From NCBI GenBank assembly GCA_964016885.1, contig OZ024746.1:46624001-46688000 (forward strand): a stretch of 64,000 nt of DNA, in the 5' to 3' direction. Every line of letters begins with the position of its first letter. Positions within the stretch are counted from its first letter, which is position 1. Positions 1 to 16,001 of this stretch are shown here, one piece after another. The notes below the pieces were generated by a model. The model made no database searches. It was given only the letters and a program-made list of their open reading frames with translations, and was not told the origin of the DNA. Source of the DNA: Eledone cirrhosa (lineage: Eukaryota). The position numbers were made by a program, and so were the translations under genes.

Positions 1-327
1 TTTATACAACCTACCACCTTTCACACCCTTTTGAATTCCAGCTTCTACGGCCCACTATCTTTCACACACACACACTCACATACATACACACATACACATA
101 TACACACACAGTTACACACACATATATATTTACAAACACATATTTTACGGCTTTCACACGCTAGCGCACCCTATTGATTTAACCCAATTGGTCATTAGCT
201 TTTGCCACAGCCTATCACGCGCACTCGCATTCTTTCCCTAGTTTGAATTTTCCCCATAACGGCATTCCTATGTTTTAACGACAATACAACTTTCTCCGGC
301 TTAGCCTGTTCCCCCGCTTTTGGAACT

Positions 328-364
328 TTCCCCCGTTGATGGGCGTGAGCCCGAAATATTGGAA
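328..364 (+). ncRNA. Degenerate minimal hammerhead ribozyme motif in a probable PLE pseudo-LTR remnant (1-549)
   Basis: TTCC-c-CCGTTGA-T-GGGC-GTGA-GCCC-GAAA-TATT-GGAA. Stem II is perfect and GAAA is intact, but the core has 2 mismatches to CTGATGA. The island ends at a (TA)n tract. Confidence 0.4.
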
Positions 365-549
365 TTAAATCTCCACTACGGTAACCCTTCTACCTTTGTT
401 TTGTTTTCCTTTTTCGTTTCTCTCAATTTTCACTTTTCTCTTATTTCTCACTCACTTCCTACCTCGAGATTTCCCAATGCATTGTTGTGGCTTTCTAAAC
501 TACATATTTTACATATTTCACAATGCTTCAAGCAAACTTTAACACCCTC

Positions 550-1324
<775 letters not shown>

Positions 1325-1932
1325 GTCAGGTCACCACTTGGTGCTACTGGTAACATGTATCCCAGTACAACCTGTCTCATGGTCGGGTCGTTGGCGACTA
1401 AACTGGCAACCCCACCAAGGTTTCTTGGTGAGGAGGGTGACTTTGGACATCCTGCAGGACTAAAAACAAAACCTGTCAAAGGGCAAAGGAGCTCTTAAGA
1501 GTCAATGGCCATCCAAAATCACCGGAGAGATGTCCCCTTAGCCTTTGTCATGGCAGAATTCTAGGAGAAGGATAACTCTGATATAACACCTGCAACCCTG
1601 ATGGTATCCAATGATGTTGACTTGTTCTTCTTTTTGGTAAATATCATCTTGGTTAAGAGAGTGGGACTGGCTTTGTGCAGTGCCTTTGCTCACTATAAAA
1701 GCTTCACGGCACAGGCATTGCTTTATATCTGGAGATCTCTCTGCACTTGTCGTCACATGGTACCATGGGCCCAGCACTATGTGTCAATAATTGTCACAAG
1801 TGTAGTGTTTGTACCAGGGTTTTCAAGTCGCTGGCTGGACTAAAAAGTCACACTCGTTCAGCGCATCGGTAGGGGTTCTCCTACATGGATATAAAGTAGT
1901 GGCCATACTCGAAAACGAGTTGGCAGCCACCA
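1325..1932 (+). mobile_element. ~600 bp non-autonomous interspersed repeat (family C, RTE-like 5'UTR appearance) in (TA)n
   Basis: Near-identical reverse-complement partial copy at 61045-61440 and a diverged copy at 50426-51030. The two full copies end GCAGCCAYCA. Orientation is not certain. Confidence 0.75.
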
Positions 1933-1948
1933 TATATATATATATATA

Positions 1949-1986
<38 letters not shown>

Positions 1987-2106
1987 TATATATATATATA
2001 AATAGTATATATATTTATATAGTGTATATATATATATAGTATATATATATATATATATATATATAGTATATGTATATATATATAGTATATGTATATATAT
2101 ATATAG

Positions 2107-2145
<39 letters not shown>

Positions 2146-2200
2146 TATATATATATAGTATATATATATATATATATAGTATATATATATATATATATAG

Positions 2201-2234
<34 letters not shown>

Positions 2235-2263
2235 TATTTATAGTATATATTTATATATATATA

Positions 2264-2318
<55 letters not shown>

Positions 2319-2346
2319 GTATATATATATATATATATAGTATATT

Positions 2347-2378
<32 letters not shown>

Positions 2379-2425
2379 GTATATATATATATATATAGTA
2401 TAGTATATATATATATACATATATA

Positions 2426-2477
<52 letters not shown>

Positions 2478-2527
2478 TATATATATATATATATACTATA
2501 TAATATATATATATTATACTATATATA

Positions 2528-2577
<50 letters not shown>

Positions 2578-2823
2578 TATATATATATATATATATACTA
2601 TACATACATATATATATATACTATACATATATATATATATACTATATATATACTATATATATATATATACTATACATATATATATATATACCATATATAT
2701 ATTGTATATACTATATATATATACTATAGATATACTATATATATATATACTATATATATATATATACTATGTATATATATATACTATATATATATATATA
2801 GTATAATATAAATAAATATATAA

Positions 2824-3030
2824 AGGACGATCGACTTTCGTCAAATCGGACCGAGGGAACAATGTTTCCGTTGGTCTTTCCAATTGCTAATACTATCTAT
2901 CGGTCACAACTACAGGTAGAAGGAGCAACGTGAAATAAAGTGTCTTGCTCAAGAACATAACGCATCGCCTGGTCCAGGAATCGAACTCACAACCTTACGA
3001 TTGCGAATCCAATTCTCTAACCACTCAGCC
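2824..3030 (-). mobile_element. tRNA-derived SINE, family B
   Basis: Reverse complement has A box (GGCTGAGTGG) and B box (GTTCGATTCC), then TTCTTGAGCAAGACACT. Matches 3180-3394 and 31125-31342. Confidence 0.85.
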
Positions 3031-3179
3031 ATATATATATAGTATATATATATATAGTATATATATATATATTATATATAGTTTATATATATATATATAT
3101 AGTATATATATATATATATTATATATATATAGTATATATATATATATATAATTATACTATATATATATATAAATATAGT

Positions 3180-3394
3180 GAAGGCGTGTAGCTGAGTGGT
3201 TAGAGAATTGGATTCGCAATCGTAAGGTTGTGAGTTCGAATCCTGGACCAGGCGATGCGTTATGTCCTTGAGCAAGACACTTTATTTCACGTTGCTCCTT
3301 CTACCTGGAGTTGCGACCGATAGATAGTATTAGCAATTGGAAAGACCAACGGAAACATTTTTCCCTCGGTCCGATTTGACGAAAGTCTATCGTT
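3180..3394 (+). mobile_element. tRNA-derived SINE, family B
   Basis: TAGCTGAGTGG A box, GTTCGAATCC B box, TGTCCTTGAGCAAGACACT (V-domain-like). Head-to-head with the 2824 copy. Confidence 0.87.
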
Positions 3395-3879
3395 CAAAAA
3401 TATATATATACTATATATATATAGTATATATATATATATATATAGTATATATATATATAGATATAGTATATATATATATAGTATATATATATATAGATAT
3501 AGATATATATATATAAATATACTATATATATATATAAATATAGTATATATATATAGTATATATATATATATATAGTATATATATATATATATATATATAG
3601 TATATATATATATATAGTATATATATAGTATATATATATATATAGTATATATATAGTATATATATATATAGTATATATATATAGTATATATATATATAGT
3701 ATATATATATATATAGTATATATATATATAGTATATATATATAAATAGTATATATATATATATATATATACATATATAATATATATATATATATATAGTA
3801 TATATATATATATATATATACATATATAGTATATATATATATATATATAGTATATATATATATATATATATATATACAG

Positions 3880-3910
<31 letters not shown>

Positions 3911-3990
3911 TATATATATATATATACTATATAAATATATATACTATATATATATATACTATATATATATACTATATATATATATATATA

Positions 3991-4032
<42 letters not shown>

Positions 4033-4618
4033 TATACTATACATACATATATATATATATACTATACATATATATATATATATATACTATACATATATAT
4101 ATATATATACTACATATATATATACTATATATATATATATACTATAGATATACTATATATATATATACTATATATATATATACTATATATATATATATAC
4201 TATATATATATATATAGTATATATATAGTATATATATATATAGTATATATATATATATATATATATTGTATATAGTTTATATATATATATATATAGTATA
4301 TATATATATATATAGTATATATATATATAAATATACTATATATATATATAAATATAGTATATATATATATATATACTATATATATATATATATATATATA
4401 TAGTATATATATATATAGTATATATATATATATATAGTATATATATATAGTATATATATATATATATAGTATATATATATATATGTATAGTGTATATATA
4501 TATATATATATAAATATAGTATATATATATATATATATATAGTATATATATATACTATATATATATAGTATATATATATATATAGTATATATATATATAG
4601 TATATATATATATATATA

Positions 4619-4653
<35 letters not shown>

Positions 4654-4817
4654 TAGTATATATATATATACTATATATATATATATATATAGTATATATA
4701 TATATAGTATATATATATATATAGTATATATATATACTATATATATATAGTATATATATATAGTATATATATATATATATATAGTATATATATATATATA
4801 TATAGTATATATATATA

Positions 4818-4881
<64 letters not shown>

Positions 4882-5029
4882 ATATATATATTAGAAAGTG
4901 AGGTTTTTTTTACAAATTGAAAAATAACGTAAGGTGTCCTACACGAGTGAAAGTATATAGAAAAAGAGATGAAATCGAAAATGCAACTGGAGTCTTATTT
5001 TTTTTTAAAATATATATATTTATTTGGTT

Positions 5030-5067
5030 CCTTTACCGGTTTTGCAGTTCTTCTGCTTTTCAAAAGG
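5030..5067 (-). ncRNA. Inactivated minimal hammerhead ribozyme of the PLE pseudo-LTR
   Basis: Reverse complement: CCTT-TTGAAAA-GCAG-AAGAA-CTGC-AAAA-CCGG-TA-AAGG followed by AATAAA. All three stems are intact, while the core has 3 transitions relative to CTGAAGA/GAAA. Confidence 0.6.
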
Positions 5068-6232
5068 TGAGTTGAGATGGAGGGTCTGTGGTTTTTCTCA
5101 CATCTGGTTGGTCTCTGAATGTTACTTGTTTTATATGGAAAAAGTGGCTCGAAATGCCAGGTTTTTCGAGAAGTAATTTGATGGGTTTGTCAATAATTAT
5201 AATAAATTTCGCGCCAGTTCGCGTTACAATAGTTCTATCAAATAAGAGGGGGGGGGGGGGTTGTCAAAGGTTGTTTTTTTTCATATATGACTGTTTGAAT
5301 TTCTTTTTACTTGAAAAAAGGGGCTCAAGAAGGCTTTTTTTTGGTTGGTTATAAATGAAATTATGGCTGTCACGTGAACAAGTTTTCATTAAATTGTCGT
5401 GCCCTTATTTGGAAATCCATTCTGTAGCCTTTTTAGAGAATTTTATGATAAGTGAAAGATAATGGTCAAGAGAAAGGGATGGGAGAATTGTTCTGGTTCA
5501 GTGAATATGGTTAGTTCGCTGGGGTGTCAGAATTCAGTTTTCTATTAAATATAGAAAGTAAAGATATATATGTTTATTTGTGTGCTTGTGTGTGTGTGCG
5601 TGTGTGTGTGGGTGTGTGTGTGTGTTGTGTGTGTGTGTGTTTTAATTTCTTTACTTTAAAAAAAGGTGGCTCATGAAGGCTTTTTTTAATAAACGTGATT
5701 TGATTGGTTATAAATGAAATTATGGCTGTCACGTGAACAAGTTTTTCATTACATTTTCGCGCCCTTATTTGGAAATCTATTCTATAGCCTTTATAGAGAA
5801 TGTTAGGACAAGGGAAAGATAGTGGTCAAGAGAAAAGGGATTGGGAGAATTGTTCTGGTTCAGTGAATATGGTAGTTCGCTGGGGTGTCAGAGTTCAGAT
5901 TTTCTATTGAAGTAAAGATATGTATGTTTATTTGTGTGCTTGTGTGTGTGTGTGTGTGTTCGTATTGGGAGATGATTCTATTAGTAGAAATGGGGGAGGG
6001 AGTTGTGTGTGTGTGTGTGTGTGTGTGTGTATGGGTGTTATGTGTGTGTGCGAGTATGTTAAGATGAAGAGAATATATATTTTGTGTGTGTGTATATGTG
6101 TGTAGGAAAGTGGTTCTATTAGTAGAAATGGGGAGGGAGTTGTGGGTGTGGGGGTTGTTATGTGTGTGTATGGGTGTTATGTGTGTGGGAGTATGGTTAG
6201 CATGTTAAGATGAAGGGAATATATATATATAT

Positions 6233-6273
<41 letters not shown>

Positions 6274-6390
6274 GAAAATGATTCCTTTAGTAGGAATATT
6301 TTTGAATGAACATATTTTCCTTACTTATTCGTATTTGTTCTGTTGTATTGTCAGTGCAAACGTATGTTAAGGTTTATTTAGTTCTGGTTT

Positions 6391-6957
6391 TTATTTTCTA
6401 AAGTAGGTGTTATGTGTGTGTGTGTGTGTCATATTATGGTGTTGACATAATGTATAATTAACCATATTTAATGCTGATCTATATTTTTGAATAAACATAT
6501 TTTCCTTATTTATTCGTATTTGTTCTGTTGTATTGTTAGCGCAAAGGTAAAATGGGACGACTTGGAATTTGGGTGTCTTATTACTGGCGCAAATGTCTAG
6601 ATGTGCACTTAGTGGTATCTGTCTCGTGGTTGGATCTCGTAATTGTTGGCGATGAACTTTAATTCTGTTTCTGAGTGTGAGTTTAGTTTGTCCTATATAA
6701 TCTTCATTGCATCCTTTACATTTAATGGCATAAAGTAGATTTTTTGATGAGCAAGTGAAGTGATTTTTTACAGTAAAATTTTGTCCTGATTTAAATGTAT
6801 ACGTGTTGCCTTCAATGAGGTGAGTGCAGGTTCCACAATTAGAGCGACCACATTTTTTGATACTTGGTTGTGGGTTTGTGGTAGGTAATTTGGCATTGGT
6901 GAGTAATGTTTTCAGTGATTTTGGTTGTCTTTTGCTTTTGATTATTGTGTGTTTCAA
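6391..6957 (-). pseudogene. PLE GIY-YIG endonuclease domain with Cys-rich linker
   Basis: CGRSNCGTC...FTCSSKNLLYAIKCKGCNEDYIGQT...RIKVH...KENMFI...LN. Frameshifted relative to the RT ORF. Confidence 0.9.
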
Positions 6958-8722
6958 GGGTTTTTTTCATTCTTGGGGTTTGTTTTAGTAGTGGGATGTT
7001 CTTGTGAATAGTGGTGTAAGCTTCCGCATTTCTTGGGTTGTCTTGAGATATATGATAGAATATTGGACGTACCTTGAATTTGTTTCTGTTTCCGTAATTC
7101 ATCAATGCCTATTGCTTTAGCCCTTTCTATTCCATTATTTATTAGTAATAGTGGGTACTCTCTCTCGAGTAGAATTTCCTTTAATTCTTGAAGTCTTTTA
7201 TTTCGCGTTTCATAATTGGAGACAATTGTGCAAATTCTTCTTGCTAGGTTAAAAGGAATGTTCGTCTTCGTGTGCTTTGGATGGTTGGAGGTGAATAGCA
7301 GATATTGTTTGGAATCTGTTGGTTTGTAGTGTATGTCAGTTTCGATATTTATGTCTTTTTTTAAGATTAAGATGTCCAGAAATGGGAGTTGATCTTCGCT
7401 GTATTCCATTGTGAATTGGATGTGGTTATTGATGCCGTTTATTAAGTTTTTGAAATCCTTCAGTTGGTCGAGTGTGTGGGACCAAAGAATGAGGCAATCA
7501 TCCAAGTAGCGTTTCCAATTCTCTGATAAATATTTGTGGAAGTTCAATCCGTATTTTGATTTGGACTGTTCATATATCTGGACTTCTAAGTATGCCATGA
7601 CTAAGTGGGCATAAGTTGGAGCGGCTTTTGTACCCATCGCAGTCCCCGATATTTGCTTGTAAGTACTGCCATCGAAATCAAAATAGTTGTTCTGTAAGAT
7701 GAATTTTAATCCCTCGGTGATGAAGCTTTTTTCTATTCTGTCAGGTATCTCATTGGGATATTTCTCTAGCCAGAATCCTATTGCTTCTAGTCCGTATTGG
7801 TGTGGGATCGTTGTGTAGAGATTCACTACATCGAAAGACACAATAATAGTGTCGTTGTTGACATGTTTGGGGAGGTGGTTTAAGAGGTTCAGATCGTCTC
7901 TTACAAGGCTTGGTATGTGTTTCAGAATTGGTTTCAGTAGTATGTCTATAAAGTTGCTCAGTCTGTGTGTTTCACATTGTGGGCCCGCTACAATTGGTCT
8001 TAATTTAAGGTCTGTGGGGTATTGTGTGTTCACGCAGGCTGAGGTGGATTGTTTACAGGCATCGTTGATTATTTTACACTTGTGGATCTTCGGAAGTCCT
8101 CAAGGTTGCTGGTTTTGTATTCAACATTTTTTAAATAATCGCGTTCCTTTTAAGTTAGGTCTTCCTGGTATCGATAAATCAGTGTGTTTAATCTGGTCAT
8201 TATTTTTGATTGCTGGTAGTTTTTTACTCTTTCATAGTAATTAGTATTTTGTAAGAGAGAGAACATAGAATGTTTATATTTTTCAGCCTCCATAATGACA
8301 ACAGTACTTCCCTTGTCCGCTTCCTTAATTATAATGTCCGTATTGTTTTTTAGTTCATGGATAATCTCCCATTCCCTTCGACTCGTGTTGGGTTTGGGTT
8401 TAGGTTGCGGTAGTTCATGGTATGGGAAGGTAGCTATGTGGTCACAAAATTTGTCCAGAACTCTGTTTCTACCTTTTGTTGGGTTGTAGCTGCTTTTATT
8501 CCGTACAATTGATTCGTCGTTATTCTCCTTGTCAAAGAATTCCTCTGTGAGACATAATTTTCTACAGAAGTGTGAGATATCGTCATTTATCTCATTGGGG
8601 TTAGAGTATTGTGGTGTTGGTGTGAATTTCAGTCCTTTGGAGAGAAATTTTACTTGTTGGGCTGAGAGGTTTGTATTTGAAAGGTTAATTATTTTCGGTT
8701 TTTCAAAATGGGTTTGTGCCAC
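6954..8722 (-). pseudogene. PLE reverse transcriptase (frameshifted)
   Basis: IINLS...LSKGLKFTPTP, IIKEADKGSTVVIM, GLPKIHK, LRPIVAG, SFDVVNLYT, GTAMGTKAAPTYA, RYLDD, LPFLDILI, HYKPTD. Frameshifts near 8040-8150 and 7000-7050. Confidence 0.93.
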
Positions 8723-9423
8723 CGGGTGTCGTGAGTCCTGTAGCCTTGGTCTAAAAAATGATTTTTCTGGAATGTTTTTTCAATGGTATTATTATATCTA
8801 ATGGTATTTCCCCTGTTGTTGTGTGGTCTTGTATAGAGGTTTCGGACGTATTGAGGTTCGGTTTGTTGATAGTCCGGGTTGTAGATTTTGTTCCTTTGTG
8901 TGGGTTGGGATCTACGGTTTGGGAACAGGCTCTGTGTGGGCAGGGGTCTACGGTTTTGGAATAGGTTTTGTGTGGGTTGTGATCTGCGGATCAGGTCCTG
9001 CCTTGTGTTCGGGGATCTTTGGTTTTTGTTAGTAGGGTTATAGTTTTGTCTATGGTTTCTGGGATTATCGTTATGGTTTTGCTGGGCGTATGTTGGACGT
9101 TTTGTTACTTTTTTTGTCATTTGTTGTGCATGTGGTGTGTGAGTTTTAGTTTGTTTTAAAAATGGGTTACCTGTATGTTGTTCATTTTTGAAGTCCATTT
9201 CGTAGTTGTTGAACCAGGTGGCGTTTTTTTCCCATCGCTGGAGGGATGTTAGTTCTTCATCCTCACAGTTTTCTTTCCAAAGTTTTAGGGGGTTTTTGTA
9301 GAGTAGGCCTTCAGAGTGCTTTGAAATTTCTGTGTCCATCTGTTGGTCGAGTGACTTGAATTTTTCTTCGTTGGAGTTGGCTCTTAATCGCAACAGTTCT
9401 ATTTCTGTTTTAAATTTTTCCAA
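8689..9423 (-). CDS. PLE upstream ORF (coiled-coil plus Q/N/R/P-rich), overlapping the RT frame in -1
   Basis: 244-aa open frame directly 5' of the RT. Ends shortly after CAT TTT TTA GAC. Confidence 0.55.
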   Translation of the reverse strand: MEKFKTEIELLRLRANSNEEKFKSLDQQMDTEISKHSEGLLYKNPLKLWKENCEDEELTSLQRWEKNATWFNNYEMDFKNEQHTGNPFLKQTKTHTPHAQQMTKKVTKRPTYAQQNHNDNPRNHRQNYNPTNKNQRSPNTRQDLIRRSQPTQNLFQNRRPLPTQSLFPNRRSQPTQRNKIYNPDYQQTEPQYVRNLYTRPHNNRGNTIRYNNTIEKTFQKNHFLDQGYRTHDTRWHKPILKNRK

Positions 9424-10136
9424 CGCCAGATTTTCCCTAAGTCTTTATTGGTTTTCTGGTTCATTCGGGATGGGTTTTATTTGGAGTTTTTTTGGGAGGA
9501 TGATTGGGGTAGAGTTTAGCCACTTTTCAGTATATATATATATATAGTATATATATATAGTATATATATATATAGTATATATATATATAGTATATATATA
9601 TAGTATATATATATATAGTATATATATATATATAGTATATATATATAGTATATATATATATAGTATATATATATATAGTATATATATTCAGTATATATAT
9701 ATATAGTATATATATATAGTATATATATATATAGTATATATATATATAGTATATATATATAGTATATATATATATATAATATATATATATAGAGTATATA
9801 TATATAGTATATATATATATATAATATATATATATAGAGTATATATATATAGTATATATATATATATAATATATATATATAGAGTATATATATATAGTAT
9901 ATATATATATATAATATATATATATATAGTATATATATATATAATATATATATATAGTATATATATATATATAATATATATATATAGTATATATATATAT
10001 AATATATATATATAGTATATATATATATAATATATATATATAGTATATATATATATATAATATATATATAGTATATATATATATATAATATATATATATA
10101 GTATATATATATATAATATATATATATAGTATATAT

Positions 10137-10168
<32 letters not shown>

Positions 10169-10225
10169 ATATATATATATATATAATATATATATATATA
10201 TAATATATATATATATATAATATAT

Positions 10226-10263
<38 letters not shown>

Positions 10264-10541
10264 GTATATATATATATATATATAGTATATATATATATAT
10301 ATATATATATAGTATATATATATATATATATATATAGTATATATATATATATATATATAGTATATATATATATATATATAGTATATATATATATAGTATA
10401 TATATATATATAATATATATATATATATAATATATATAGTATATATATATATATATATAGTATATATATATATATATATAGTATATATATATATATATAT
10501 AGTATATATATATATATAATATATATATATATAATATATAT

Positions 10542-10579
<38 letters not shown>

Positions 10580-10686
10580 GTATATATATATATAGTATAT
10601 ATATATAGTATATATATATAGTATATATATATATAGTATATATATATATATATAATATATATATATATAATATATATATATAGTAT

Positions 10687-10743
<57 letters not shown>

Positions 10744-10853
10744 TATATATATATGTATAGTATATATATATATAGTATATATATATAGTATATATATATA
10801 TATTATATATATATATAGTATATATATATATATAATATATATATATAGTATAT

Positions 10854-10900
<47 letters not shown>

Positions 10901-10948
10901 TATATATATATAGTATATATATATATAGTATATATATATATAGTATAT

Positions 10949-10993
<45 letters not shown>

Positions 10994-11065
10994 TATATAT
11001 ATATAGTATATATATATATAGTATATATATATGTAGTATATATATATATAGTATATATATATATA

Positions 11066-11099
<34 letters not shown>

Positions 11100-11158
11100 T
11101 ATATATATAGTATATATATATAGTATATATATATATAGTATATATATATATATAATAT

Positions 11159-11217
<59 letters not shown>

Positions 11218-11240
11218 ATATATATATATATATATAGTAT

Positions 11241-11353
<113 letters not shown>

Positions 11354-11493
11354 TAATATATATATATATATAATATATATAATATATATATATATATATA
11401 TAATATATATATATATAGTATATATATATATAATATATATATAAATATATTATATATATATATATATATAATATATATATAAATATATAATAT

Positions 11494-11527
<34 letters not shown>

Positions 11528-11540
11528 GTATATATAGTAT

Positions 11541-11573
<33 letters not shown>

Positions 11574-11632
11574 GTATATAGTATATAGTATATATATAAT
11601 ATATATATATATGTATATAGTATATATAGTAT

Positions 11633-11698
<66 letters not shown>

Positions 11699-11737
11699 TA
11701 TATATATATAATATATATATATATATATAATATATAT

Positions 11738-11782
<45 letters not shown>

Positions 11783-11875
11783 TATATATATATAATATAT
11801 ATATATATATAGTATATATAGTATATATATATATATATATAATATATATAATATATATATATGTATATAATATAT

Positions 11876-11932
<57 letters not shown>

Positions 11933-11997
11933 TATATATATATATAGTATATATATATATAATATATATATATGTATATAATATATATATATATATA

Positions 11998-12047
<50 letters not shown>

Positions 12048-12082
12048 TATATTTATATATAGTATATATATATATATATATA

Positions 12083-12118
<36 letters not shown>

Positions 12119-12174
12119 TATATATATATATATAGTATATATATATATATATATATACTATATATATATATATA

Positions 12175-12214
<40 letters not shown>

Positions 12215-12636
12215 TATATATATATATATATATATATAGTATATATATATAGTATATATATATATAGTATATATATATAGTATATATATATATAGTATAT
12301 ATATAGTATATATATATATAGTATATATATATATAGTATATATATATATAGTATATATATATATATAGTATATATATATATAGTATATATATATATATAT
12401 AGTATATATATATATATAATATATATATATAGAGTATATATATATAGTATATATATATATATAATATATATATATATAGTATATATATATATAATATATA
12501 TATATAGTATATATATATATATAATATATATATATAGTATATATATATATATAATATATATATATAGTATATATATATATATAATATATATATATAGTAT
12601 ATATATATATATAATATATATATATAGTATATATAT

Positions 12637-12668
<32 letters not shown>

Positions 12669-12721
12669 ATATATATATATATATAATATATATATATATA
12701 TAATATATATATATATATATA

Positions 12722-12803
<82 letters not shown>

Positions 12804-13118
12804 TATATATATATATATATAGTATATATATATATATATATAGTATATATATATATATATATAGTATATATATATATATATATAGTATATATATATATAT
12901 ATAGTATATATATATATATAATATATATATATATATATAATATATATATATATATAATATATATATATATATAGTATATATATATATAGTATATATATAT
13001 AGTATATATATATAGTATATATATATATAGTATATATATATATATATAATATATATATATATAATATATATATATAGTATATATATATATAATATATATA
13101 TATATATATAATATATAT

Positions 13119-13150
<32 letters not shown>

Positions 13151-13385
13151 GTATATATATATATAGTATATATATATAGTATATATATATATATTATATA
13201 TATATATAATATATATATATAGTATATATATATATAATATATATATATATATAATATATATATATATATATAATATATATATATATATATAGTATATATA
13301 TATATAGTATATATATATAGTATATATATATATATTATATATATATATAGTATATATATATATATAATATATATATATAGTATAT

Positions 13386-13430
<45 letters not shown>

Positions 13431-13478
13431 TATATATATATAGTATATATATATATAGTATATATATATATAGTATAT

Positions 13479-13522
<44 letters not shown>

Positions 13523-13582
13523 GTATATATATATATAGTATATATATATATAGTATATATATATATAGTATATATATATATA

Positions 13583-13618
<36 letters not shown>

Positions 13619-13707
13619 TATATATATATAGTATATATATATAGTATATATATATAGTATATATATATATATATATAATATATATATATAGTATATATAT
13701 ATATATA

Positions 13708-13747
<40 letters not shown>

Positions 13748-13809
13748 TATATATATATAGTATATTATATAGTATATATATATATAGTATATATATATAT
13801 ATAATATAT

Positions 13810-13843
<34 letters not shown>

Positions 13844-13862
13844 ATATATATATATATATATA

Positions 13863-13906
<44 letters not shown>

Positions 13907-13918
13907 TATATATATATA

Positions 13919-13973
<55 letters not shown>

Positions 13974-14113
13974 TAATATATATATATATATAATATATAT
14001 AATATATATATATATATAATATATATATATAGTATATATATATATAATATATATATAAATATATTATATATATATATATATATATAATATATATATAAAT
14101 ATATAATATATAT

Positions 14114-14149
<36 letters not shown>

Positions 14150-14164
14150 GTATATATAGTATAT

Positions 14165-14206
<42 letters not shown>

Positions 14207-14279
14207 GTATATATAGTATATATATAATATATATATATATGTATATAGTATATATAGTATATATATATATAATATATAT

Positions 14280-14311
<32 letters not shown>

Positions 14312-14338
14312 ATATATATATATATATATAATATATAT

Positions 14339-14393
<55 letters not shown>

Positions 14394-14481
14394 GTATATA
14401 TAGTATATATATATATAATATATATATATATATATAGTATATATAGTATATATATATATAATATATATATGTATATAATAT

Positions 14482-14550
<69 letters not shown>

Positions 14551-14619
14551 TATATATATATATAGTATATATATATATAGTATATATATATAATATATAT
14601 ATATGTATATAATATATAT

Positions 14620-14672
<53 letters not shown>

Positions 14673-14778
14673 TATATATATATATAGTATATATATATAT
14701 ATATATAGTATATATATATATATATATATATATATACTATATATATATATATAGTATATATATATATATATACTATAT

Positions 14779-14829
<51 letters not shown>

Positions 14830-14849
14830 TATATATATATATATATATA

Positions 14850-14920
<71 letters not shown>

Positions 14921-14922
<2 letters not shown>

Positions 14923-15139
14923 TGTTATACTTGGGGTGGGTCATATTTGTGTAATATTGCCAGAAGTAGTAACAGAACACACTGACTGTTTGGTTGGTTT
15001 TCGCTTCTCGCTGTCTTTTATATCTAACTTAATCGGTCCTCAATGTCGACATTGACTGACCGACTGTCAAAAATAATACAGATACAATTCGACACACGAT
15101 TTCATATAAAAAACCTCGCTAAACTAATTCAACGCCGCT
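14921..15139. repeat. Short interspersed island, family D (copies at 17381-17599 and a diverged copy at 23341-23535)
   Basis: Identical copy at +2460. Diverged third copy. Always flanked by (TA)n. Confidence 0.8.
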
Positions 15140-15167
15140 ATATATATATATATATAAATATATAGTA

Positions 15168-15216
<49 letters not shown>

Positions 15217-15267
15217 TATATAGTATAATATATATATATATAATATATATATATATGTATATAATAT

Positions 15268-15310
<43 letters not shown>

Positions 15311-15495
15311 TATATATATATATAGTATATATATATATATAGTATATATATATATATAGTATATATATATATATATATTTAGTATATGTATATATATTAT
15401 ATATATATATATATAATATATATATAGTATATGTATATATATAATATATATATATATATATAATATATATATATAGTATATATATATATATATAA

Positions 15496-15532
<37 letters not shown>

Positions 15533-15558
15533 CATATATATATATATATATATAGTAT

Positions 15559-15662
<104 letters not shown>

Positions 15663-15696
15663 TATATATAATATATATATATAGGATATATATATG

Positions 15697-15775
<79 letters not shown>

Positions 15776-15811
15776 GTATATATATATATAGTATATATAT
15801 ATATAGTATAT

Positions 15812-15918
15812 AGGAACCAGTAAGACCCCGACGGCTAATTACCCACTCTAATACCCCAAGTATTGAGTACTTTGGTGCGTTATGGTCCACCTGGTTCCTT
15901 ACCACATTTCCTTCGTTA
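15812..15918. repeat. Short structured island, family E (copy at 18292-18398)
   Basis: Identical duplicate. Bounded by GGAACCAG...CTGGTTCC inverted repeat. Confidence 0.7.
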
Positions 15919-15957
15919 TATATATTATATTATATATATATATATCGTATATATATA

Positions 15958-16001
<44 letters not shown>

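Larger units (their letters stand above)
1933..4890. repeat. (TA)n-derived microsatellite interrupted by two SINE copies
   Basis: Direct reading. Confidence 0.97.
4891..9530 (-). mobile_element. Decayed Penelope-like retroelement (Neptune-like) inserted in (TA)n
   Basis: In order on the minus strand: upstream ORF, RT fragments, GIY-YIG endonuclease, long 3' region with internal duplications, HHR remnant near the 3' end. TA tracts on both sides. Confidence 0.88.

Noticed and set aside
1325-1410. HDV-like ribozyme at the family C 5' end
   Set aside because: Partial helices can be drawn, but P2 and P1.1 could not be placed consistently.
1538-1843. 79-80 aa ORFs duplicated at 61118-61423
   Set aside because: They are conserved only because the repeat copies are near-identical. 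There is no recognisable domain, and they are not evident in the diverged 50426 copy.
3180-3255. tRNA-like sequence
   Set aside because: It is the head of a SINE. There is no proper acceptor stem and it continues into repeat body.
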